Source: a virus
Strand: one strand, 5' to 3'
DNA length: 64,000 nt
IMG/VR virus record: IMGVR_UViG_2895319678_000007
Below are positions 55,965 to 64,000 of the stretch, one piece after another (position 1 is the first letter of the stretch; every line of letters begins with the position of its first letter). The position numbers were made by a program, and so were the translations under genes. The notes under the pieces are model-generated. The model saw nothing but the letters and a program-made list of their open reading frames with translations, was not told where the DNA came from and did no database searches.

Positions 55965-56294
55965 ATGAAATACGTGCGTGTCACTCTTTCCTGCGAAGAA
56001 CAAGAATGGTCATATGATGCCGAGGAGGATTTGAATGAGGAACAACTCATTCGTTATATTACTGATTTACAGAAAAAAATAGAACACCATTATAAGCGTC
56101 CGCCCGCACATTACGATAAAGAAAAGCTACAAATGGCAGAGCATCATTTGCAATGTTTAAAAGAGCTTCATGACCGCCGTCAAGACACCGTAAGCCTCCC
56201 CTTTATGTCAAAGACCGGTGATTGGGTGTTGATGTTCTGCCTTATCGGGATGCTTTATCTGATTATCAGGCCACTACTGGGCATTGGAATATAA
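55965..56294 (+). CDS. Hypothetical protein with a C-terminal TM segment
   Basis: WVLMFCLIGMLYLII. Confidence 0.55.
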   Translation: MKYVRVTLSCEEQEWSYDAEEDLNEEQLIRYITDLQKKIEHHYKRPPAHYDKEKLQMAEHHLQCLKELHDRRQDTVSLPFMSKTGDWVLMFCLIGMLYLIIRPLLGIGI

Positions 56295-58386
56295 CATCAT
56301 GTTATACGCATACGATTATGGGATCAGGCAGCAGGGCATATTCAATGATAAGGAAAAGCAGCACGCCTGCAACAACTTAGCCAATGCGCTCGCGTCTGAT
56401 TTTGACCGTATTCCGAAAGTCTTTTTGGATTTTGAAACGTTTTATGATCCCGCCAATAAATACTCGTTATCCGCAAAAGGCATGACCTATGAAAAGTATG
56501 TTCGTGATCCCCGCTTTCAGGTCATACTGTGCTCCATTATCATTCCGGATACGGGCGAACGGTACTGGATACCCAATCATAAAGGTGCCGTGAGAAAAGA
56601 ACTGGAATCCCTCCAATTACATGACTGTAATGTCCTCGCACACAATACTCCCTTTGATGGTTTTATTCTGTCAGATTACTACGGTATCGAACCCCGTGAA
56701 TTTACCTGTACCCTGACGATGGCTCGGCCATTACACGGTGCAAAAGCAGCAAACAGTCTGGCCCGATTAGCCAAAGGGTATTCGTTGCCGGAGAAAAAAG
56801 ACGACGTTCACCATGTAATGGGAATGCGTCTGGAGCATTTCACCGCAGCGGGCTTGCAGCGGTACGGGGAGTATGGTCTACGAGATGTCGATATTTTACC
56901 GCCCCTCTACGGTTTGTTTCGGTGGCACTATTCTGAAATGGATATGGTCACGATGTCCGACACGATACGGGCGGGTTGTGTCTGTCAGTTTGATTTGGAT
57001 AAAGCATTATTACGTGAGTATATTCCGCGCCTGATACAGTTACAGGAAGATAAACTGGCAAAAATTTCGGCGGCTTTTTCACAAGATGTTGAGACGTTTC
57101 GTCAACGCTTATCGTCAAATCCCCAATTTGCTGAGGTACTGATGCAATTGGGTGTAGAAGTGCCGATGAAAGACAGTAAGACTGCCAAGAATCCGGACGG
57201 ATCACCCAAAAGGACGTATGCTTTTGCCAAAACGGATATGGGGTTTAAGGCACTGTTAACGTCAGGCGATCCCTTTCTGGAAGCAGTCTGTGAAGCACGC
57301 ATGGGCGAGAAGTCCACGATTGGCATTACACGGGCCAAAAATCTATTAGATATTGCGCATCGGGGTAAGATGCCGATCCCCCTGAAAGCCTTTGGTGCGA
57401 CGACGGGACGGTGGGTTGGCTATCAGGATATTAATGTCCAAAACTTTCCCAAACGTGGGGGTGATCTGACCTTGCGAAGATCTGTGCGGGCACCCAAAGG
57501 CTATTCGGTCGTGACCTGTGACTTAGCACAAATTGAAGCCCGACGTATGGCAGACCATGCAGGACAAAACGATTTGCTGCTACAGTTTGCCCGCAATGAA
57601 GATCCTTATTCTGACTTTGCCACGACATTGTACGGTTATGAAGTGTCAAAAACGAATGGGCGAAAAAAGGAACGTAACGTAGGTAAAGAGGGCATTCTGT
57701 CCCTGCAATATGGTTCGTGGTTTGAATCCTTCTATTTACGACTTCGCACGGCTTACGATCTGGATGTAACCAAAGAGTTCTGTCATGACGCTGTTTTACT
57801 GTATCGTGACCGTTATACAAATATCGTTCAGTTCTGGACAGAGTGCCAGAATGCCTTAGACGTCATGCTTTATGGCGGTTCCTATTCTTTTGGTTATGAA
57901 AATAACTATACCGCCATGAAAAACAGACTTATCTTGCCGGATGGTTGGGTATTACGTTATGACGATCTTCGCATCGCCGGTAAAGATGAACTGAACCGCG
58001 ACATTATTTTATATACCGATGCCGAGAAACGGGAAACCCGTAAAATTTATCGCGGCATCATTGCGAACAATGTCACACAAGGCAGCTCGACACGGATTTT
58101 GCAGGGGATGATGATGAACCTGCGAAATGACGGCCTTTTCTGGTGTTTAACCGTCCACGATGAATTAGCTTTTCTCGTGCCAAACGAAGACCTTTCTGAT
58201 TGTTGTGCACAAATCCAATACAGGATGAGAGAACGCCCCGATTGGGCACAACGGACACCAATAGATTGTGAGCTGACGGTTGGCCCCAATTATGGTGATC
58301 AATATGACGAAGATATCTGGATGGCGTCTGGCTTTAATCAGATTAATGCCGAAGCCCTTTTGAAAGAACGCAACCAAACGCAATAA
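56284..58386 (+). CDS. polA: Family A DNA polymerase with 3'-5' exonuclease
   Basis: LDFETFY, AHNTPFD, DLAQIEAR, RNVGKEGILSLQYG, LTVHDEL. Confidence 0.96.
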   Translation: MEYNIMLYAYDYGIRQQGIFNDKEKQHACNNLANALASDFDRIPKVFLDFETFYDPANKYSLSAKGMTYEKYVRDPRFQVILCSIIIPDTGERYWIPNHKGAVRKELESLQLHDCNVLAHNTPFDGFILSDYYGIEPREFTCTLTMARPLHGAKAANSLARLAKGYSLPEKKDDVHHVMGMRLEHFTAAGLQRYGEYGLRDVDILPPLYGLFRWHYSEMDMVTMSDTIRAGCVCQFDLDKALLREYIPRLIQLQEDKLAKISAAFSQDVETFRQRLSSNPQFAEVLMQLGVEVPMKDSKTAKNPDGSPKRTYAFAKTDMGFKALLTSGDPFLEAVCEARMGEKSTIGITRAKNLLDIAHRGKMPIPLKAFGATTGRWVGYQDINVQNFPKRGGDLTLRRSVRAPKGYSVVTCDLAQIEARRMADHAGQNDLLLQFARNEDPYSDFATTLYGYEVSKTNGRKKERNVGKEGILSLQYGSWFESFYLRLRTAYDLDVTKEFCHDAVLLYRDRYTNIVQFWTECQNALDVMLYGGSYSFGYENNYTAMKNRLILPDGWVLRYDDLRIAGKDELNRDIILYTDAEKRETRKIYRGIIANNVTQGSSTRILQGMMMNLRNDGLFWCLTVHDELAFLVPNEDLSDCCAQIQYRMRERPDWAQRTPIDCELTVGPNYGDQYDEDIWMASGFNQINAEALLKERNQTQ

Positions 58387-58394
58387 GGACAAAC

Positions 58395-59303
58395 ATGCAG
58401 CCCAAAATAAAACGCGATACCTTATTTCTCATTGCGGATGTAGAGACATTATCGAATCTGGCCGGGGATAAACCTTTAGTGTGGGAGGTGGGTCTGGCCT
58501 TAGTGCGGGGTGACGGCCTGATACTGGGATCGTGGGGGTCACTGGTCAATGTGCAGGATATGATGGCACGGGGGTTTAAACAGACACCCAGTACGCTGGG
58601 ATGGCTTATGAGCCAAGACACCGATGTTCGTGCCCGGTTTCAACTTGCGTGTGAATCTGACACACCAACACTCATTGATGTCATACACGAAATGACCGAC
58701 TGGATTAAAACCACCCTCAGTACGCAGATGAATAAGGGAGAAATTTTTTTTCCTGTTCGTAATCTGTACTTATTGGGCCGGGGTGCAGCGTTTGACTGTC
58801 CGATTATGGAAGTGCTATACCGTGAAGTGCATAGTGAACCTGCCCCCCTACCGTGGCTATTCTATAATGGCGCGTGTCTGCGTACTTTTGAAATGATTTT
58901 CCCGATACGCGCAGCTCACACCGGCACAGCACATTGGGCGGAACATGATGCCCTATGGGAAGCGCAATGTTTATCACAACAGCTCGCCGTGTACTGGCAG
59001 TTTGCGAGTCAGATTAATGCGGCGTGTTATCAGATGGACAAGCAGGCGACATCCTCTCTACACACAGAACTCACCCCATTAGGCAGTATTCTGACGAACG
59101 ATACCGACAATCCTCTCACGCTGTATGCGAAATCCGATAGAACTGACAGTACCTCTTTACCGGATACGTATCAATATACTGATGAACCCTGCTTACATCA
59201 AAACTGCCCGGATTGTCATGGCGTGTTTGCAAAATCCAACGGTGAACCGTGTGTGCACCTCATGAGCTGTCATTGTCCGCGCTGTAAAAAAGAGAGGATG
59301 TAA
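58395..59303 (+). CDS. DnaQ/DEDDh 3'-5' exonuclease (Rv2179c-like) with a C-terminal Cys/His cluster
   Basis: IADVETL, AAFDCPI, CLRTF, HWAEHDA; tail CLHQNCPDC...CVHLMSCHCPRC. Confidence 0.82.
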   Translation: MQPKIKRDTLFLIADVETLSNLAGDKPLVWEVGLALVRGDGLILGSWGSLVNVQDMMARGFKQTPSTLGWLMSQDTDVRARFQLACESDTPTLIDVIHEMTDWIKTTLSTQMNKGEIFFPVRNLYLLGRGAAFDCPIMEVLYREVHSEPAPLPWLFYNGACLRTFEMIFPIRAAHTGTAHWAEHDALWEAQCLSQQLAVYWQFASQINAACYQMDKQATSSLHTELTPLGSILTNDTDNPLTLYAKSDRTDSTSLPDTYQYTDEPCLHQNCPDCHGVFAKSNGEPCVHLMSCHCPRCKKERM

Positions 59304-59304
59304 A

Positions 59305-59547
59305 ATGGCACAAGTCATTATTACCGTGACCGATTTACCGAATGGTCAAATTGATATCCATTATAATTTTGGCGACGATTTTATTGGCCCCCAATCGGCT
59401 GCCGAGGCAGAAAAGCTAACGGATGCGCAACAGTTCAGTATTATCATCACGCAATTTATCACGGGATGGATGTTGGATTCGGAAGCCAGAAAACAGGCCG
59501 ATGACCAGCCACTGATACAGGTTCCCGGAGCGAAGACCGATGGGTAA
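59305..59547 (+). CDS. Hypothetical protein
   Basis: 80 aa, coupled to neighbours. Confidence 0.55.
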   Translation: MAQVIITVTDLPNGQIDIHYNFGDDFIGPQSAAEAEKLTDAQQFSIIITQFITGWMLDSEARKQADDQPLIQVPGAKTDG

Positions 59548-60367
59548 GATAATATTTTCAGAAAAAGAAAAAGACGACTTAATTGCACACCCACTGGATC
59601 ATGATGTTGAGTGGCCGAATAAAATCCATAAACCGGTTGGCGGCGGTAAACTGTTGTCGCTGGCCTTATCCTTTTCAAAACTGAGTCAGTATCAGCAATG
59701 CCCCAGGCGCTTTTATGAACAACACCTGACACATAATATTCCCTATACGGATACGCCAGCCACCTTGTGGGGCACACAGGTACACCAGGCACATGAAGAT
59801 TATGTGCTAAAAGGCCAACCCATGAATGCCGTCGTAAAGGAAAAAATCGGAACGGGTGTGGCTGATATGTTAAAGAAAAAATTTAATATCTTAGTGACTG
59901 AACAGCGTGTGGGTATTCCGCTTTTTGGTGAACAGGAATGGGCGATTAAAGCCAATGGTCAGGTTGCCAGTTGGTTTGATACATCCACCGTTTTTATGCG
60001 GGGAAAAACCGATTTAGGCATGGGGAGTCTCAAAAAAATTTACCTGTATGATTATAAAACAGGAAAAGATCGTTACCCGAAAACCGATCAGTTGGATTTA
60101 ATGAGTGTCATGGCAAAAGCGCAGCCGACAATGCAACGTTATACGCAATTTGATAGTGCCCTGATATTCTTAGAAGCAGGTAGTGTTAAAACGCATACGA
60201 CACATCTTCATGACGAAGGGCATGAGATACAAATGCGGAAATTTTTGCGGGAATCTTTACGTATTATTGATTCTTATGAACGGGATTATTGGCCTGAACA
60301 GACATCGCCGTTGTGTGCCTATTGCCCGGTGATGAGCTGTCCCTTTAATGCCACGGATCAGAAATGA
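59540..60367 (+). CDS. Cas4/AddB-like PD-(D/E)XK exonuclease
   Basis: SFSKLSQYQQCPRRF, GTQVH, RGKTDL..YDYKTGK, PLCAYCP...C. Confidence 0.9.
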   Translation: MGKIIFSEKEKDDLIAHPLDHDVEWPNKIHKPVGGGKLLSLALSFSKLSQYQQCPRRFYEQHLTHNIPYTDTPATLWGTQVHQAHEDYVLKGQPMNAVVKEKIGTGVADMLKKKFNILVTEQRVGIPLFGEQEWAIKANGQVASWFDTSTVFMRGKTDLGMGSLKKIYLYDYKTGKDRYPKTDQLDLMSVMAKAQPTMQRYTQFDSALIFLEAGSVKTHTTHLHDEGHEIQMRKFLRESLRIIDSYERDYWPEQTSPLCAYCPVMSCPFNATDQK

Positions 60368-60396
60368 CGACTGTTGACATATAAGCAGATATACTC

Positions 60397-60693
60397 ATGA
60401 CAATGAAAGAGAATCCGGATGTCACGTTTCTAACAATAAGGGGTGACGCCTTATTGGTATTAATTCGCAATTTATACGAGCGACGAAAAGAAGAACAGGC
60501 CATGCTGGAGACCATTCTGTCAATGATGGACGCATTGGATAGCAGTGTTCAGATTGCCGGAGAAGGTGCCACAAATGCGAATGCCAGATTGGTCAGCATC
60601 CTTAAACAGCTAAAACCCAAAGAAACCGCAGGGCTATCTGAAGAAGAGATAATGAAACTTGTCGGAGGACAATGGAATGAAACACATTCTTAA
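60397..60693 (+). CDS. Hypothetical protein
   Basis: 98-aa helical ORF. Confidence 0.55.
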   Translation: MTMKENPDVTFLTIRGDALLVLIRNLYERRKEEQAMLETILSMMDALDSSVQIAGEGATNANARLVSILKQLKPKETAGLSEEEIMKLVGGQWNETHS

Positions 60694-61249
60694 GGCGAAA
60701 GATTTGCGGGCATTAATGACCTATAATCCGGATACGGGTGGCCTTTTTTGGAAAGCACGGACACCGGAACTCTATCGGAAATACAGTCAGGCAAGTCAGG
60801 GAATGGCGGAACGTTCCTGTACCTGGTTTAACCAACGCTACGCGGGTGAACACGTGGGTATTACAATGAATGGCAATAACACGTATGTTCGGATCGCGAT
60901 TGGCAGTGGTGCAGGAAACATCCGAAAAAACATTCTGGATCTGATTTGGGTTGTCGTGACAGGCAAAGAACCCTATGGCCTTGTTCGGTTACTGGATACG
61001 AATTGTGCGCGTACCGTGGACAATATTGTGTGTCTTTCCCCGCATATCGCACAGCTCTTTCGTAATCCTCGTGCGGGTATTTACCGTAACCGTGAAGAAA
61101 AAACCTTTTACTGGCGCATTTATCAGGGAAAAAGTCTCGATCAGCAAGGGGGATTTAAAACTATTCAAGAAGCTCGCGTGGCTCGTGATAATAAACTCAA
61201 AGAATTAGGTTTATGGCAGGAAACATTATTAAATGACGTATATTCATAA
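60677..61249 (+). CDS. Degenerate HNH-AP2 homing-endonuclease-like protein
   Basis: LMTYNPDTG.LFW..WFNQRYAG N-terminus and GGFKTIQEARVAR AP2-like end; no HNH residues. Confidence 0.65.
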   Translation: MKHILKAKDLRALMTYNPDTGGLFWKARTPELYRKYSQASQGMAERSCTWFNQRYAGEHVGITMNGNNTYVRIAIGSGAGNIRKNILDLIWVVVTGKEPYGLVRLLDTNCARTVDNIVCLSPHIAQLFRNPRAGIYRNREEKTFYWRIYQGKSLDQQGGFKTIQEARVARDNKLKELGLWQETLLNDVYS

Positions 61250-61255
61250 GGCGCA

Positions 61256-62842
61256 ATGATGGCGACGTTGCAACTCTACCAGCAACGGGCGCTCGTCATT
61301 CAAGGAACAGAACAAGAGCTGGCACGGGCACGCGTGTTGAATCCGGGCGGACTGATTGACCTGGGCGACAATACGGTGGCCTATAAGTGGGACTATTATA
61401 ACGCGGCACTTCTGGCGGTTGCCGATTTACCCGCAGTGAGTCCGATTTATCGGGATTATCATTGGCCCGGCCCCAGTGATTTTCGTCCGTACCAGCACCA
61501 GATTATTTGTGCGGATTTTTTATGTCTCAGGAAAAAAGCCTATTGTTTTGCGGGGACGGGAACCGGTAAAACCGCTATTGGCCTATGGGCCGCGCATTAT
61601 CTGTATACCCTCGGCTTGGTCAAAAAGATCCTGATACTGTGTCCATCTTCCGTATTATTGGATGCGTGGCAGCCTACCGCCGCAAAATTGTTGTTTGGTG
61701 AGGCCGATTTTACGGTCATTGAGGGAACCGTAAAACAGAAACAAGAGCAGGTCGCCTCTGCTGCGCCGTTTCATATTACGAATTACGAAGCATTGAAAGG
61801 ACTTCATAAAAAATTTAGTCAAAATCATTATGACCTGATTATTCTGGATGAAAGTACGAAAATAAAGAACAGAGAAACCGATATATGGTCACTCGTTTAT
61901 CCCCTTGTGCGTAAGGCCACGTATGCATGGCAAATGACTGGGACGCCCACACCAATGGGGCCAAAAGATGCGTTCGGCCAGATTTGTATGTTTGATGGTT
62001 TTGGCAATACGGTGCCGAATATCTACTGGTGGGAAAATTTAACGACATGGAAGAAAAAAGACGCTTTCAAACGATTCCCCCTCAAGGGGTGGCAAGCTAC
62101 CGTCGCCAAGTACATGAAACCAGCGCTCCGCATTCGTACACGGGATTGTATCGATTTACCACCGATTGTGTATGAATCACGTTATTTGCCGTTAACAGCG
62201 GTACAGAAAGCAGCGATTCAAATGTTACGTACTCAGAAGATGGTTAATTTGGCGGGCGAAAATATCATGGGTGATAACCGGGCCATCTTATTGGATAAAG
62301 TTGTACAGATTTGCTGTGGTGCAGTCCTTTCTGAAAGTGGAGAAGTAGTCGAAATGAAGCCCACAAAGCGGTTGAATGAGTGTCTGGAAATTATTCACAG
62401 TGAAGAGGGGAAAGTACTTATTTTTGCCCCATTCCGTGCCGCCGTCGAAATGATTACCCGTTATCTACGTTCAAAAAATATCGCCGTGGGGGTTATACAT
62501 GGTGGCATCACGAGTAAGAAAGCACGTCAAAAAATCTTCGACAGTTTTCAAAATGACCTAAAGGGACAGATGCAAGTGATTGTGGGTGTGCCCTCGGCAT
62601 TTGCACACGGTGTCACGTTAACGGCAGCAAGTCATGCTATTTGGTACGCACCGTTTGCCAGTACCGAAGTGTATTTACAGGCAACAGCCCGCATGGAACG
62701 TAACGGACAAAAACACCATATGACAGTCACCGAAATGTGGGGCGATCAACGGGAAAAACAACTTTATGACATCATCGCAGGACGCGCCGAAGCGCAATTA
62801 ACTTTATTAGATATTTACAGGAGTCTCGCAAAAGACAACTAG
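61256..62842 (+). CDS. SNF2-family helicase
   Basis: AGTGTGKT, ILDEST, MTGTP, HGVTLTAA, QATARMERNGQ. Confidence 0.93.
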   Translation: MMATLQLYQQRALVIQGTEQELARARVLNPGGLIDLGDNTVAYKWDYYNAALLAVADLPAVSPIYRDYHWPGPSDFRPYQHQIICADFLCLRKKAYCFAGTGTGKTAIGLWAAHYLYTLGLVKKILILCPSSVLLDAWQPTAAKLLFGEADFTVIEGTVKQKQEQVASAAPFHITNYEALKGLHKKFSQNHYDLIILDESTKIKNRETDIWSLVYPLVRKATYAWQMTGTPTPMGPKDAFGQICMFDGFGNTVPNIYWWENLTTWKKKDAFKRFPLKGWQATVAKYMKPALRIRTRDCIDLPPIVYESRYLPLTAVQKAAIQMLRTQKMVNLAGENIMGDNRAILLDKVVQICCGAVLSESGEVVEMKPTKRLNECLEIIHSEEGKVLIFAPFRAAVEMITRYLRSKNIAVGVIHGGITSKKARQKIFDSFQNDLKGQMQVIVGVPSAFAHGVTLTAASHAIWYAPFASTEVYLQATARMERNGQKHHMTVTEMWGDQREKQLYDIIAGRAEAQLTLLDIYRSLAKDN

Positions 62843-62851
62843 GGGGCAATA

Positions 62852-63271
62852 ATGAGTGATCCTTTTATCGGTATCTCAACCGCGCAATTGGCCGCCGCGC
62901 ATATTCAATTGATGCAGCAGAAAGAAACGATTGAAGCTGTCCACAAGGCCGCAATGGAGGAAGAAACAAAAGGCATTGCGGATCAGTTACGCGTCCTGTA
63001 TTACGAAATACAAAAACGGATGCAACAAGAGAAAATTCATGCATTAGATACAAATGTCGGTAAGGTTCTCTTAAAAACAACTGTAGAATACAATGTGCAG
63101 GATTTGAATGCCTGGGGCGATTTTATTGTCACCAGTCAGGACTTATCTTTTTTCAGTAAGAGCATTTCAAAACCACGCGTGGAAGCGTACAGAAAACAAC
63201 ATGGTGATGCGTTGCCACCGGGATTAAAGGCATTTACACGACAACACATACAATTCAAACCCGTGAAATAA
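62852..63271 (+). CDS. Conserved phage replication-module protein preceding the SSB
   Basis: N-terminal coiled coil, T.VG.V, DW/F..FI, LPPGL motif. Confidence 0.6.
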   Translation: MSDPFIGISTAQLAAAHIQLMQQKETIEAVHKAAMEEETKGIADQLRVLYYEIQKRMQQEKIHALDTNVGKVLLKTTVEYNVQDLNAWGDFIVTSQDLSFFSKSISKPRVEAYRKQHGDALPPGLKAFTRQHIQFKPVK

Positions 63272-63281
63272 GGAATTCCTG

Positions 63282-64000
63282 ATGAATAATTCTATCGTGA
63301 CCTTTGATCATAATTTACCGGCGCATTTGCGCGATGAGCAGGACGGTCTGAGTGCTTACTGGGATGAGGTGGGTCTGTCCAGCTTTGCCCGTATCAAAAT
63401 GAAAGGAAACAGCTTACAGGCGTTTATTGGGCCGGAACTGGTTGCACAGTCACAACCGCTGCAACCTATGACCGTCGTCATGTTACGGCCATCAAAGGTC
63501 GGACGCACCTTTTATCATGGCATCTATGTTGAAGGCAGCAAAGAAGCCCCCGATTGTTATTCTAACGACAATATTACACCCGCTGCCGATGCAAAAGATA
63601 AGCAGTGTACCCGCTGTGATTTATGTCCACAGAATCTACCCGGTTCTGGCATCAATGGCGAATCACGGGCCTGTCGTTATCGACAATCTATTGCCGTCTG
63701 GACACCAGGAGAAGGTGACAGCACGTGGGATACCATTTTTCAGGTAAATTTATCGTCCACCGCTATCTTTGGCGATAAACCGAATCCAGATGGTTATATG
63801 GGACTGAATGCCCTGGTAAACTGGTTTAGGCGACAAAAATTAGACCCCTCGAAAGCCTGGATTCAGCTTGCTGTCGATCCTTACTCAGAACATAAACGTA
63901 TTGTGATGAAACCCGAAGGGTACATCAACGATCCCGAAGAGTATCAACAGGTACGAAAACTGATTGAATCTGACGAACTAGACCGTGTACTGCGATTGGG
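63282..64000 (+). CDS. Phage ssDNA-binding/annealing protein, 3'-truncated by the window edge (not in ORF track)
   Basis: Hand translation MNNSIVTF...FARIKMKG...RTFY.G.YVEG..APDCYSND...QCTRCDLCPQN..GSG....RACRY, open to the window end. Confidence 0.78.
   Translation, partial: MNNSIVTFDHNLPAHLRDEQDGLSAYWDEVGLSSFARIKMKGNSLQAFIGPELVAQSQPLQPMTVVMLRPSKVGRTFYHGIYVEGSKEAPDCYSNDNITPAADAKDKQCTRCDLCPQNLPGSGINGESRACRYRQSIAVWTPGEGDSTWDTIFQVNLSSTAIFGDKPNPDGYMGLNALVNWFRRQKLDPSKAWIQLAVDPYSEHKRIVMKPEGYINDPEEYQQVRKLIESDELDRVLRL

Noticed and set aside
1-64000. tRNA/rRNA genes, integrase/att site, reverse transcriptase (DGR/retron), relaxase/oriT
   Set aside because: No supporting motifs were found by eye; tRNAscan-SE and HMM searches would be needed to exclude them formally.

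Overview
The window looks like nearly the whole genome of a temperate podovirus-type phage-plasmid of an enterobacterium; the low-GC cargo suggests an insect-associated host (inference). Phage core: a minus-strand morphogenesis block at 11.7-41.8 kb (terS, terL, portal, tailspike, scaffold, capsid, adaptors, nozzle, ejection proteins, SLT lysozyme, a 2305-aa polyvalent protein, a YadA-head fibre). It also has a plus-strand early/replication block at 46.5-64 kb that continues at 1-2.3 kb (anti-restriction genes, VRR-NUC, PolA with Leu762, DnaQ exonuclease, Cas4-like nuclease, SNF2 helicase, SSB, DUF927 primase-helicase). Plasmid functions sit at three separate module boundaries. These are an IncL/M-I-B/K-type repA with intact antisense RNA, leader peptide and pseudoknot control plus a serine resolvase (7.6-10.2 kb), a ParM/ParR (StbAB) partition system with repeat centromere (41.8-43.5 kb), and four type II TA pairs. 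Cargo includes an orphan Hcp with a Tme-like T6SS effector and two DUF1240 immunity genes, and a PAS-LuxR regulator. No integrase, classical CI repressor, endolysin/holin/spanin cassette, tRNA or CRISPR array was recognised. Several real-looking ORFs under 60 aa and non-coding elements are missing from the ORF track. All family assignments come from motif recognition by eye, without database searches.
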